Shown: positions 38,368-52,300 of the stretch, piece by piece | How the letters are laid out: each line of letters begins with the position of its first letter | Numbering within the stretch: the first letter of the stretch is position 1 | NCBI RefSeq assembly: GCF_018977255.1 | Contig: NW_024704743.1 | Location: forward strand, 2,916,001 to 2,980,000 | Direction: 5' to 3' | Length of the DNA: 64,000 nucleotides | Source of the DNA: Callorhinchus milii | Lineage: Eukaryota | The notes under the pieces: model-generated | The model's input: only the letters and a program-made list of their open reading frames with translations | The model's database searches: none | What the model was told of the DNA's origin: nothing | Position numbers and translations under genes: made by a program

Positions 38368-39534
38368 GCAAGAAGTCCAGCAGCATGAAGGGACCATCAA
38401 AGAAATGAGGCAGAGGCAGAAAGACAGGCAGCTGGCGTTCCCCATCCAGGCCTCACGTGGAGCGAAACAGCGCAGCCTCTTCACACAGACCCCCACCGTC
38501 ACCCCAGTCCAGGACACTGGTTCAACCCAACACACGGAAGGGAGGAGTGGGGGGGGGTTTGGGTGGAGCCGGCTGGACTGACCAGCCGACTGACCGACTG
38601 ACTGACCCGACAGCGGTGTGCGGGACATCTTGTTTGGAAAGGCTTGTAGAGGACACTGCCGAGCTGAAGGCAGGGGCCAAACACCCAACCGCAGTCACCG
38701 TATATAAGTTAACTTCATTTGTGGGTATACAGCGTTTTCGTGTTTCCCCGGGAACTTTGTTTGCTTGTTCTTGTCTTTCTGTGCGACCTCCGAATTCACT
38801 GTCTCCCCCTCCCCTCCTTTACCCCACTCTCACGTTTCATTGAACGGATTCCCCTTTCCTTCGCACCCCACTCCTTCTCACCCCCCCCCCCCCCCCCCCA
38901 GTGTGATATAAAATCATAGAATATTACATACAGCACAAAAGGCCATTCAGCCCATCACGCCTGTGCCGGTTCTTTGGAAGAACTACCCAATCAGTCCCAC
39001 CTCCCTCTATGGTATGATCGTACCGTTTTCCTTTGCCTCTTTTAATAATAATAATAATAATCCTTGCATCGCGTCTTTGAGACATCTCGAATCGCTTCAC
39101 AGAATATTACCGTAAACTGAATGGACTGTTTATTTTGGGGGGCGAAACGCGTCAGCCAATTGCACACAGCAAATATACCACAAAACAGTCGTGGATTGAG
39201 TGACCAAATTATTATTGTATATTTTGTTTGGAACATCAACTATGATTAAAAAAAAAAGAACCGCAAACACATCACGATAAATATCTCTTTTTTTTTCTTC
39301 AAATGCGATGGTCAGTTATTCTGTTTAAAAGGCGGTGTTGGTCTATCTGAAACGTCAATCTGCCCGAGTCAAGAGATTTAGTGTCTGGTTTCCCTTTTAC
39401 CTTTTTTTAAGATTAAAATTATCCTCAGAACTTTAATGTTTCTGCCTTTGTGATAGATGTTCGCCTCTTTTTTGCCCCTGATTTAACGGACGGGGGATTG
39501 GAACAGGTAACAGGGAGGAGCAGAGGATACTCCG

Positions 39535-40190
39535 TTTGGGTGGGGGTTGAGGGGGGGTGGGGGGGGGGGCGTTGAAGGGAGTTAGCTGAGTGTTGTGGTG
39601 GGGGGTGGTTGGGGGGGTGGTTGAGGGGTGTTTTGGTGAAGGGTTTGAGGGGGTAGTTCAGGAGGTATCGAGGGTGGTCGGGGTGGAGGGGGTGAGGGGG
39701 AGAGGTTGAGGGGGTGTGTGAGCGTGGGGTAGTTGAAAGGGGGTGATCGAGGGGGGGATTGGTTGTGGAGGGGTCGAAGATGGGGGGGGTGGCCGAGAGG
39801 GGTTTGAGGAGGGGTTTGTTCAGTGGGCGGGGGGGTCGAGGTAGGTTGAGTGGGGTGGCTGTGGGGGATGGGGTCAATGGGGTGATCGATGGGGGAGTTC
39901 AGAGGGGTTTGAGGACTGGTTGATTCATGGGGGCGGGGGGGGTCGAGGTGGGGAGTGGTCGAGGGGGTTTGAGGAGGGGTTTGTTCGGGTGGGGGGGGGG
40001 GTTGAGGTAGGGTTGGTTGAGGGGGTGGTTGAGGGAGGGTGGGGTGTCGAGGAGGGGGTGTGGTTGAGGGAGGGTTGAGTGGGGGGTCATTGAGGGGGGG
40101 CTGTTGGTGTGGGGGGTTTTGAGGAAGTGTTTGAGGGTGGGGGGGTGGTCGATGTGGGTGTGGTGCTGTTGAGGGGTGGGGTACGAGGGG
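39535..40190. repeat. G-rich low-complexity tract between the two collagen 3' ends
   Basis: Direct reading. Confidence 0.8.
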
Positions 40191-40337
40191 CAAACACCGT
40201 CCTTGCTTAAATTGGGTGGCAATGGGCTCAAAGCTAAGACCATGAGAAATTTCTGGCTTCCTCAGACAGTGATGGCGGCTGTCACTGTCACGCGCGCACA
40301 GACCGTGTCACCATGTTGGACCTGATGTCCTGTGAGC

Positions 40338-43300
40338 TCAAGGCCCCTTCTGGTTGGACGGCCGGCCGGCCAGGCTGGCGTAGTAAACGCACTGAGACAG
40401 ATCGCACAGCCCGTTCCTCCCGGGGGGACCCTCGGGGCCCTGCGGCCCAGCGCTTCCCGGCTCTCCTTGTGGACCCGGCGTTCCCGGAATTCCGTCCGTC
40501 CCGTAGCCTGGCATTCCCGGGGCGCCTAGAAACGACAACAACCACAACAGACTGCACTTACGCGGCAATTTTTATGTCGAGAGCACGTCCCGAAGCCCTG
40601 GAATCGTCAGGGATTGGACCTGAGCTGTGGGGGTTGGGACCAGGAGGGTGGAGGAACAGGGAGGGTAGGGGTAGGACAACCAAGTGTTCTTATAATTTGA
40701 CTCAATAATAATAATAATAATAATAATGATCGCATGCGATACAGCGCTACATCACATCGGGAGCACATCACAAAGCGCTTCGTAGCAGGTGATCGTAAGC
40801 ACCGTCAAAAAAGAAGGTCTTCAGGCGGGATTTGAAAGTGGGGAGGGGGGTGGCAAGGCAGAGGAAAGTGGGGAGGGAGGGGGCAAGGCAGAGGAATTGA
40901 GGGAGAGAGTGCTAGAGGTTCGGGGCGTGTGGCTGAAGGCACGGCCACCCATGGTGGAGCGGAGGGCACGAGGGTACAGACCGAGGCCTGAGCCAACCGA
41001 GCGAAGGGTGGAACCGGACGAGCGGAGGCAGCGGGTGGTGGAGTGGGGGTGGGAAAGCAGATCGGAGAGGCAGGGGCATGAAGGGATTTGAAGAGTCGGG
41101 CTTACCCGCTAGACCGGTGGCTCCCGCTTCTCCACGTTGCCCGATGCCAGCCTCGCCTCTCTCTCCCGTTTCCCCTCTCTCGCCTGAACGTGGAAAGGAA
41201 GCATTTTAGCTGACTGTCCAAGGTAATAATCCTCGCACCTGGTCCAGCACCAGCAATGTCAAAATGCGCCTCAACAGATCACCACCGTCAATAATAATAA
41301 TAATAACATTAACGTTTGACATTTGGCCCTATCGCATCATCAAACTGTCTCAAAGCCCTTCGCAGGATTTACTGTAAAGTGGTGTTGAAAGTGTGTATTT
41401 TGTGGGTGAAACATGGCAGTCGGTTAGCGCACAGCAGTGTCCCACGAACAGCCATGGAGTGACTGACCAATTTTATTTGGGGGATTGTTGACCAAGAAAC
41501 CGGGAGGGAGAAACCCCTCTTCTTGAATAGTGCCGCGGGATCTTTAACATCCGCCTGAACAGGCAGACTCGGTTTAATATCTCATCGGAATAGAAAGCTA
41601 TCTCCACTAATCAGGGAGTCAGTGACTGGAGGACACAGATATATGCCGGTCGCAAGAAAAGGGAAAGGAGAGCTATGCGGGGAGGTGGACTGGCTCCGAG
41701 GTGAAATGCCTGGCAATGGAGCGTCAGAATCGAGCCAGCCTCTGTGTGCGGTATGAGTAGTCCGGATCCTGAGCCAGGCGGGTCCGTGGTACTCCAGCCT
41801 GGATCATCGGCAGGACCTGGAAGGGCAGACCAGTCAATGGGGTGAGGAGTCATCCCACTCAGCTCCCGTTAACCCTGCAGCCAAAGCCCTAACGGGTAGG
41901 ATGGTCAGTAGCCGGACAAGCAGCCGGAAAGCTTCCCGGACAATAATATCAATGGCTTTAGCTGATTAGACTCCAGCAGTTACCCCACACTCTGGAGTCC
42001 ACGAGCCTTGGCTCTTGCCAACCTGGGCCTCATACTTTCCGTAATTAGGTAAAGCAGGAAGTGTCTGTCCCTCCAGGGAGAGAGAGTGCATATTCCATTC
42101 CAACAATCTATCTCTGGGATTTCAATGTGTAGGTGGAATTCTCAGTTTAGTTTAACTCTTAAGCACAGTGATGGGTTTCCACATGTGTCAGACACCCGGC
42201 TGACCAAAAAAGGAAAAACGTTTTCACACAGAGAATTTTTTGGGGATGTGTTAACTCCCTGACAAGTAAGGTGGTGGAAGCAAAGTCCGTTATGGGTTTC
42301 GAGAGGGAGGTAGAAGGGTATATGAAGGATAGAGGCTTGAAGTGGTGTGAGGATAGGGCCAGGGCAATGGGCCTGAATGGACAGCTCGTTCTGAGAGAGA
42401 GGGCAGACTCGAAGGGCCGAATAGCTGCCTTCTGTGCTGGGAATCTCTATAATTCCATTAATGGGCAGGACACTGGGAGAGAGAAACTCTTCTCTTTTCC
42501 AATAGTGCCGTGGAACAGGCAGACTGGATCTTGGTCTAATGTCTCATCCATAGGGCGGCACCTCCAACCAGGCAACATCCCACCCCCCACACTCACCCTA
42601 GAGCTGCATTGGAGCGTCAGCTTAGACTATGTGATTCCAAGACCCGATGTGAGGGCTCAAACCCTCAACCTTCTAACTCAGAGACAAGAGCGATACCACT
42701 GAGCCCAGCGGACACTTTGAGCGGGGGATGATGCAGTCAATGTAACTGAAGGTTGGTCTGCCGAGGGTGGGCAAGGGACCTGGATCAGGACGGAGGGAGA
42801 GGAACGTTCCACAGCAATATTGATTCTTACCTTTCGGGCCCATTGGCCCCCGCTGGCCCTCAGCTCCCGGGATGCCGGGCTGGCCGAGATCTCCGGGAGC
42901 GCCAGGCCTGCCAGGGAAGCCTTCTTTCCCCGGAACACCAGGAAGCCCGGGCTTCCCAGGGGCGGCCTTCACTCTCACGTGCTGGAACTGAGACACCAGG
43001 TCAGCCAAGCGCACTGCCAGGAGAGGCACAAGATGTGGAGGTTTCAGGTTGTGTAGAAAAACGCAAACTTTTTTCAGAATTCCTCACATTTGACACAGCG
43101 CCTTTCGCATCATGAGGGCCGCCTCAAAGCGCCTCCCAGAGTATTCTGCACAGTGCAGAGAGAGAGAGAGAGTGAGAGAGAGAGAGTGAGGGAGGGAGTG
43201 AGTGTAACCGACTAAACCGGGCTCAACCTCAAACCTCAAATGTTCCTGTCATTGAGGGGCGATGATGCGATTGAGATGTTTAGCGAACAGTTTGCCGAAG

Positions 43301-46300
43301 CCGGCCCCGGTCTCTCAGACACCACCTCGGTCTCACTGAAGCTCTCCTGGGAGACGCTTCTCTTCAAACCTACAGACACGCCCCCACGCCACCCTCCCCA
43401 CACACGCAGGACTTGTCACGAGCTTCAATTATTGGGGTAAAAAAAAAACCCACACACGCACACGACTTACAGTCGAGCTGCTTTGAGAGCTCTTCTCGAA
43501 TGAGTTTCCTCAGTTGTTCCAGCGAAGGCGTCTCACCCTGGAGAAAAAGCAAAATGTCTGATTGGGGTGTGAGGGGCTGAACATTGGGGGAGTGGAAATC
43601 TGGAACTCTCTCTCCCCAAATACTCCTTGCATTTGATACAGTGCCAGTGCCGACACCAATCGTGGAGCTGCTCCTCACCTTCGGCCCTGGGAATCCCGGC
43701 GTTCCCGGTGGGCCTGCCACCCCGGACACACCGCTCTCTCCGGGAGGTCCCACCGGGCCCAGCAGCCCCCTGTGTCCTTTGATGCCCGGAAGCCCATGGT
43801 CGCCTTCTTGACCTTTCTCCCCCTGAGGTCCTCTTTCACCATTGAGCCCTTGATAACCCTAAAGGTAAAGAAAAAAAATCCAGTTTGGAAATAAACAACA
43901 ACAACATTACATTTGTTGCAATTACCCAGTGCCCTTCACGCGGGACATCTCGGAGCGCTTGACATTGGTGGAGCCTGACCCTGAGTCGGGGGGATGGTGG
44001 GGCGTGACCGTACGCACGGACAAAGAGGAAGGACTTCAAGTGTGATCTGAAGTCGAGCAAAGAAGAGGCAGCTGAAGGGATTGGGGCCATAGTGGCTGAA
44101 AGCATGGCTGCCGATGGTAGAGCGAAGGGGACAAGGGACGTGCCAGAGGACGGAGCCAACCGAGCGGAGGATTGGCAGAGGAGTGGGATACGAGCAGATC
44201 AGGGAGGTCGGACGGTTAAGTACAGAGAGGGAGGGTAAAGAACAACTTCCTGGTGTCTGTCCTGTACTCAAAATCTGCAGGATGCGAAATCCGGGGTGAA
44301 ACCAGGGCGTGGAGTCGGGGTGACCCCAAAATTCCACCTTCGTCTTGAGCGAAAATCTTTAAATTTCTTACAATGGCAACAGTGGTATCCAAAGGCTCAA
44401 TGTTGCTCCCTATCGGAGCTAAATGATCCTGCAATTGTTTGTAAAGTGTAAACCGGGGATCCTAGAAACTTATCATAATAATACTAATCCTCGCATTAGT
44501 ATTTTTGTATTTTTGTGCGAAATGTCTCATCCGAAGTTTCAGTTTAACGTCTCATCCGAAGGACAGCGCCTCCAACAATGCAGTGCTCCCGCCAGCACTG
44601 CACCGGAGCGAAGGCCTGGACTGTGAGCTCAGAGTCTCAATGTGGAGGCTTGAACCCACGATCTCCTGTCTCAGAGGCAAGCGTGTCACTGATCCACAGG
44701 CTAACACACACATTAGTGACAAGAACAACAGTGTAAGCCGCCTCGGCTGAGGCCGGAATACCTCAATCAATATTCTGTCCATCTTCCCCAAAGCAGCACT
44801 TACCCTCTCTCCTTTGGCCCCAGCCTCTCCTGATTTCCCAACAGGACCCTACACAAAAGAGGAAAAGGTATTCCTGATTCCAATCCGTCTTTATTCTTGG
44901 TCAGCAAAAACACGCAGACATTCATCACCACGCTTAAGAATATCCAAACCAAACGGAGAATACACATCCGTTCTTGTGCATGGAATGTATTTCCCTTTGT
45001 CTACTATGGAGTAGGAACCTTTCTCCCCAGGGGGTTCCACTCTGTTCACTTGATCCCAGAGAGTGTTAGGTGCAGGTTAGCAAGAGCCAAGGCTTGGGGA
45101 CCCCAGAGTGTGCGTTGCGGTGACCGCTGGAGTCTAACCAGCCAGGACCACCCTACCCGTTAGGGCTTTGGCTTGCAGGGTTAACAGGAGCTGAATTTTC
45201 TCTTTGACTGTGCCTTCAGCTCCCCTCTCGACTCTCTACCCCCTCCTCGCTCCCTCCCTTCCCTCCCCTCACCATTTCCCCCCTGCTCGGGTCCTGACCC
45301 AACTGTACAGCGCCTTGGGATGTCCTCCCGACGTGAAAGGCGCTCAATAAATGGAATCTTGTTGTTGTTGTCTTGTTGTTGTTGAGTGGGAGGATTTCCT
45401 GCCCCAATGAGCTGGTCTGCCATTGAGCCAGGCTGGCTGTGCTGTCAGCAGCAGTGTGTGGAACCGAACTATAGACCATCACAGAGCAGCCAATTTGCAC
45501 ACAGCAACATCCCACAGACAGCCATGGAGTGAGTGACCAATTTTTTCTGAGGGATTGTTGACCAGGAGAGAGAAACTCACTTCTCTTTTCCAATAACGCC
45601 ACAGGATCTTTAACGTCCAGTTGAACAGGTACAGGCAGGGCCTTGATTTAACATCTCATCCGAAGGACGGCGCCTCTGATAAGACACAGCTCCCCGCACT
45701 GGAGCGACAGCCTGGACTGTGAGCTCAAAGTGCGACGTGGAGCTTGAACCCACAAGCTTCTGACTCAGAGGCAAGGATAGACTGATTGGTATATAATAAT
45801 CCTTGCACTTGAGATAGCACTTTTCACATCGTCTATATGTCTCAAAGCGCTTCACAGTATATACTATAAAGTGAATTGAATGTATATTTTGTGGGCAAAA
45901 CGCGGCAGCCAATTGCACACAACAGAGTCCCAGAAACAGTCGTGGATTGACTGACCAAATTATTATTGTTTTTTTTGAGCGATTAACGACGAACAACAGG
46001 GCCGTGTGGAGTAAGAAAACTTGCCCAACATTTCACCCTGCCGGGAATAAAACCCAGGTCTCTCACTTCTCAGGCAAGTCTAAGCTACAGGATTCCATGC
46101 CATATAAAGAGTGATGTGTGCCACTCACCTGCTTGCCTGGACTGCCTGTTTCTCCTGACAGGCCCTGGTTGTAAAGAGGATGAGAATCAGGGTTTATGAC
46201 ACAGTAACTGGAGCTCATTTACTCTAAGGAGCCTGTGGCTCACATCCCTATCATTTAACCCCACCGCTCAGGCTCCAAATCCCACTGCTGGCCTCTGCCC

Positions 46301-49300
46301 AGCTTTGAGACCTTAGTTGTTAAAGTGCTAATATCCCCTGAGAATTCTTCAACTGTCCATCTCTCTCTCTCCTTCTCTCTCTGTCTCTACCCTAGACTCC
46401 AGGATCACTGTTGTCCTGACTTATTGCCTGTCATAGATCAAGCCCTGGACGGGCTCTAACTCTCTCCAGTTGACCGTTGACAAGACTGAAGCCTTCCTGC
46501 TTGGTTCCCGTCAGCAACTCGTCACCTCAGGCACCGACAGCATCATTCTACACGGATTCACACTCCACCTCACGCAGTCGGTGCCTCGTTCAATTCATAA
46601 ATCCAACATCCGTGCTCTGACCCTCTCAGCTTCACCCCACCTCCAAAACATTGCCCATCTTGGCCATTACCTCTCCCCTCGGGTGACCGAGACCCTCCTC
46701 CATATTTTTACCACGTCCAGGCTTGACTGTGCCAACTGCCTGCTAACCCAATAAAGGGCCTTATATAAATGCAAGATGTTGTCGATAATTAACCACACAC
46801 GGACATACATTTCCCCCTGTCTAACCACACGCTGACCATACGGTTAGGAGATGAGGAGTGATGGCTCTTACCCGAGAGCCCTGGGGACCCTGCACTCCGG
46901 GAAAACCAGGATCTCCATTTGTTCCTTTTGAGCCCTTTAGACCCTGTAATTGAAGAAGAATTGACATCAAGACGTCAACATATAAATAAAGCTGAAATGG
47001 CTCTTTGTGGGTTAATACTGTATTAGCCCTTGATATAGTGCCTCTGAGGTTGAAACTTCCCCAAGTGCTTTAAGGGATTATCCTGTAAAGTGAATTGACT
47101 GTATATTGAGTGAGAGAATCCTGGCGCGATCTCTGAATTATTATTGTAATTATTATCTGCTTTACCCTTGACCTTGAGAATGCGTCCATAAATAGCTACT
47201 TAATTTGCACGGGATTTTACTGACATTATTGTCCGTGACGGATTAGAACTGGGAATATTGTGACATAAATCCAATTGTTGTGGTTTAGTGCGAAGAATGT
47301 CAAGGAATTGGGAGAAATGAAGAATTCTTTTGGCAGCACTCGCATCTCTGAGTCAGAAGATTGTGCGTTCAAGCCCCACCTCAGGAATCTGAGCTCACAG
47401 TCCAGGCTGACGCTTTTGTGTCAGCGCTGGGGGAGCCCTGCATTTGTTCGGATGAGATGTTAAACCCGCGGCGCTATTGGAAAAGAGAAGGGAGTTTCTC
47501 TCTCCCGATGTCCTGGACGACAATCCTAAAGATAAAATTGGTCACTCACTCCATGGCTGTTTGTGGGTGGTTGCTGCACGCAAGTTGGCGACTGTGTTTG
47601 CCGACAAAACACACAGTCACTACAGTTTACAGTATATCCTGTGAAGCTCTTTGCGACGTGCTCCTGACGTGATAGACTGTATTATAACTTCACCTTGTAC
47701 CACACAGGGCATGTTCATTACTCTAGATAATGAAGGACACCTGGCTCCGATAGTTCTCACTGCCACACGTCTCTTTTGAAGTTTGTTTAAGAACTGCTCG
47801 ACCAAACTTTACAAGTCTCTCAGCCGCTAATGAGCGGTTTACGAGCGTCAGGCATCTGTAGTGAACTCGAGGTTTAATGCACCGTGCACTCCATTAGTGG
47901 TGCACAAATCAGGTCCAGGGAGGAGGGGGTTGGGATCTCAGAGCCGGGCTGAGATGCGAATAACCTGAGAGGTCCTGAACGTTCCACATTCCCTACTGAT
48001 TGGGCTCTTTCAGCCCCATCACTCCCACCATTTCTCTGCACTCCAGATTTTTATTGATAATAATAATAATCCTCGCATTTGGTATAGGGCCTTATCACGT
48101 TGGAAGGATGTCTCAAAGCGCTTCATAGGATTTATTGCGAAATTAAGTGACTGTATATTTATATAGGCAAACGCGGGAGCACAATTGCACACAGCAACAT
48201 CCCACAAACAGCCATGGAGTGAGTGACCAATTTTATCTGAGGGATTGTCGGCCAGGACACCAGGAGAAAGAAACTCCCTTCTCTTCTCCAATAGCACTGC
48301 AAGATCTTTAACGTCCACCTGAACAGTCACAGGTGGGTCTAGATTCGAACCCAGGACCTCCAGGTTCCCCAGTGCAGCGCTGCTCCCAGCCAAGTCACTC
48401 TCTGCTCAGTGCTGGGAGGTATTTAATTATGATAATAATACTTGCATTTGATATGGTGTCCTATCAGATCATTGGGATGTCTCAAAGCGCTTCACAGGAT
48501 ATACTGTAAAGCGGATTGCCTATATATTTTGTGCACAACAACCTTCCACAAACAGCCTTGAAGTGATTGACCAATTTTACTTGGGGGATTATTGGCCAGC
48601 AAAAACACCCTCCTCTTTTCTAATAGTGCTGCGGGGCTTTTGATGTCTACCTGAACAGGCAGGTGGGACTTCTCATCTGAAGGACGGCACCTCCGACAAT
48701 GCAGTACCCCCCTCCTCCAGCACTGTGTTGGAGCGTCAGCTCAGACAATGTGATTCCAAGCTCCGACGTTGGTGTTGCACCAACAACCTTCTGACTCAAG
48801 AGGTGAGATGCAACCATGCACCAGGTTGGCACACCGACTGGAAAGTGATCTGTCAATTGAACTGCCAATTGACTAACAACCGGGTTTCTATTTACCGCTA
48901 GGTTTCGCCCTGCCCAGGACTCGCCAAAGCAGACTCACCTGTAACCCCTCGACGCCAGGCTTCCCTTGGGGACCGAGCGGGCCAGTTTTTCCCTGTGGAG
49001 AAGAGGCAGAGGTCACTTTCGGAGGAGAACATTTTTATTATTCACATTTTCTATTATTTCTCGGATGGAAATATGGCAAAATTTGCCTTTGCAGAGATAG
49101 CAACACTGTGGGTCGAGTTTGTCCTATTTCTTAACATTTTTTTTAACAAGAAATGGGTTATTATTGAAGGGATATTTCTTTATTTACAATATTTTTTTGA
49201 ACCATGAAGCAAACATAATACCAACAACTTAACAACGCTAACAGGAGATTTATTTTCGCTGATTTTCTTAAGATCGAGGGTAAATAGTTTTTTTTTTATC

Positions 49301-52300
49301 TCAATCTTCCAAATACCTTACATTTTAATCATCTGGGTGTCTGATACACACAGAAACTGTAAGCAGTCATATCCAATCTCCAAGTGCTGTATCCACCCCC
49401 CTATCCACGTGTTCTGTCCCCCCCACATGCTCTGCCCACTTACCTGATCACCTCTCAATCCTGGAGGACCTGGTGTTCCTGGCGGGCCTTGTTCACCCTA
49501 CAAAACACAAGAGGAGAGGTGAGGGCTCCTGACACAAGCAACCAATTGCGTACGGTAGTGTCTCGCAAACAGTAGTGGATTGAGTTACCAATTTTTTTTC
49601 CTTTTAGAAGGATTATTACCTCTCGGAAAGCGATCTGCCAATTGACTAACAACCCGGTTCCTATTTACTGCTGGGTACACAGAGGCGTGTGGAGTAAGGA
49701 TACTTGCCTAAGATTTTGCTCCGCCCGGGAATTGAAATAGGGTCCTCTCACTTGCAAGGTGAGCGCACTAACCACTAGGCTACAGGACTTCACAATATCT
49801 ATATAACTTGGTATGGAGCATGTAAACTACGCAGAAAATCTCAACTCCACTCCAGGACATTGTCCCTCTATTTGGTAACTTACGTCTTTCCCCGGCTTCC
49901 CTGATTGCCCTGGTGGGCCCATGGTTCCATGTTCTCCCTATAAAAGCAAAACAGACCAATCGGAGAGGATCTTGCAGGGTCTCACGGTGAAAGGTGAGAG
50001 CAGAAACTAGCATTTGAATTAACATTTTATCAAGTCGAAACATATCAAAGCGCTTCACAGTTAATTACAGTCAAACCTGTCTTCAGCAACCGCTCAGGGG
50101 ACCTGGGCCAAAGTGGCCTTTATATCAGGGGTGACCTCCAGGTAAGGATTCATTGGTGTGCGAACCGGGCTGTTCCAGGTTGGTTGTTAACAGGGAGTGA
50201 TTGCTGAATGGTGGTGGTTGCTTGAACAGCTTGTTTGACTGTATTGTCAAACATGCACAAATGAGGCAGACAGTCTTGTGCTTAGCTCCGTCCCACAAAC
50301 AGCCACTAAGTGAGTAACCAATTTTCTGGGAAATTGTCGGCCAGAACACTTGGGAGAGAGAAACTCCTTATTTCCAACAGCGCTGCTTTAAAGTCCACCT
50401 GAAAAGGCACAGATAAGCTCTTGAAGGAGGATCATGGACAGAATTGGGCAAACGGCCTTCTTCTGTGCTATATATTTCTAGGTTCTATGGTGCTATGAAC
50501 ATGAGGGCTCAGGTTCAGGGGTGAAAGCCAATCTCAGGGCAGATGACTATCTTTACAGAAAAGGCAATGAGCAGTTGGAGAGTGTTACCAGGAAGCTGAG
50601 ATTAGAAGGTTGAGGTGTGATCTGATTGAGGTATTATTAAAATAATAAAGGGATTCGATAGGATGGATATAGAGAAACTATTTCCCCTGGTAGTTGGGGG
50701 GAATCCAGACCAAGGGGGCATCATTTTAAAATTAGAGCTAGGCCATTCAGGAGTGAGATTAGGAGGCAATTTTTCACCCAAAGGCTAGTGGAAATCTGGA
50801 ACCCTCTCCCCAAAAGGCTGTGGATGCTGAATCCAGTCACATCTTCAAGACTGAGATGGATAGATTAGGTCAGGATATTAAGGGATACGGGGCAAGGGTG
50901 TGTAATTGATCTTAAGGTACAGATTAGCCATGACCTTATAGAATGGTGGAATGGGCTTGAGGGGCTCAATGGCCTACTCCTGTTTCTATGTTTCTATACA
51001 TGGTGGTAGCCAGTACAATGGCCTGGATGGTGTTGTTGGGAAGACTCTGAAATCGACAACAACAAATTGCATTTATAAAGCGCTTTTCACATCAGGAGGA
51101 CATCCCAAGGCGCTGGACAATAAGGGGTTTGCTCCCGAGCTCGGGGTTGGGATAGAGGACATGGGAGGTGAAGGGTAAGATGACTATCGACATGGTCGAA
51201 AAGAAGGACTTGAGATGGGCCTTGAAGGAGGCAAGGAAGGCAGGGCAGGGGATGTGGAGTAGGCCGATGCCTGCATAGCGGAGGAAGCAGGCAGGTTGGT
51301 GAAGTTCAAATGAGATCAAATTAAGCCAAAGGACCTTCTACACCCAAATCTCTCTTGTGAATGGGTGATCCAGTTTGCGAATGTTCACACAGTTTAACCG
51401 AGTAATGTAAGCTGCCTCTTACTTCTAATACTTACTCTGGGTCCTGGTGGGCCAATATCACCCCGGGGCCCCTTGAAACCCTGTTAGAAGAGAAAATAAA
51501 TGAGTTGGAATCAATACAGAATCTTACAACAATACAATGTTACACTGCAGTAGATTACACTGGATGCCTTTCACATCGGTAACGCTTCAAAGTGCCCAAC
51601 GTTTTGCCCTGCCCAGGAATCAAACCCAGGTTCCTCTAGCTTGCGAGGCAAGTGCTCTAACCACTAAGCTACAGACTTGGTGGACAGTCAGATACTTACA
51701 GGGATGCCTCTGGATCCTGTCCGGCCAGGAAGCCCAATATTACCTGCCCTGCCCTAGAGGAAGAAAGCAAAGGTTCATTGAGTGACGTTACCTTAAAACA
51801 CCCTTATCCCATCATCAAAACTTCCCAAAGCACTTCACAGGATTTAACGTGAGTGTGTATTTGTGACTAGGTAAATGCGACAGCCAATTTGCCCACAGCA
51901 ACGTACCACAAACAGCCACGAAGTGAGTGACTAATTTTATTTGGGGCATTATTGGCCTGGACACCAGGGAAGAGAGAAACTCCCTTCTCTTTTCCAATAG
52001 TGCCATGGGATCTTAAACGTCCACCTGAACAGGCGGATTGGACCTCGGTTTAACGTCTCATCTGAAGGACTGCACCTCCAACAATTCAGTGCTTCCACCA
52101 GCTCTGCACTGGAGCATCAGCTTAGACAAGAGGGGTCCGACCTTTTGGCTGCCTTGGGTCGAATCCCCTATTTGAGAAAGGTCTGTGAGCTGCATAGGCA
52201 TTATTTTGTGTTTACCTTCCAGAAACATAACAGCATTTACACAGTACCTTTTTCAGAAGGAAATTTTGACACTGTCGGCTGGGCACCTGAGCTGGGGGGT

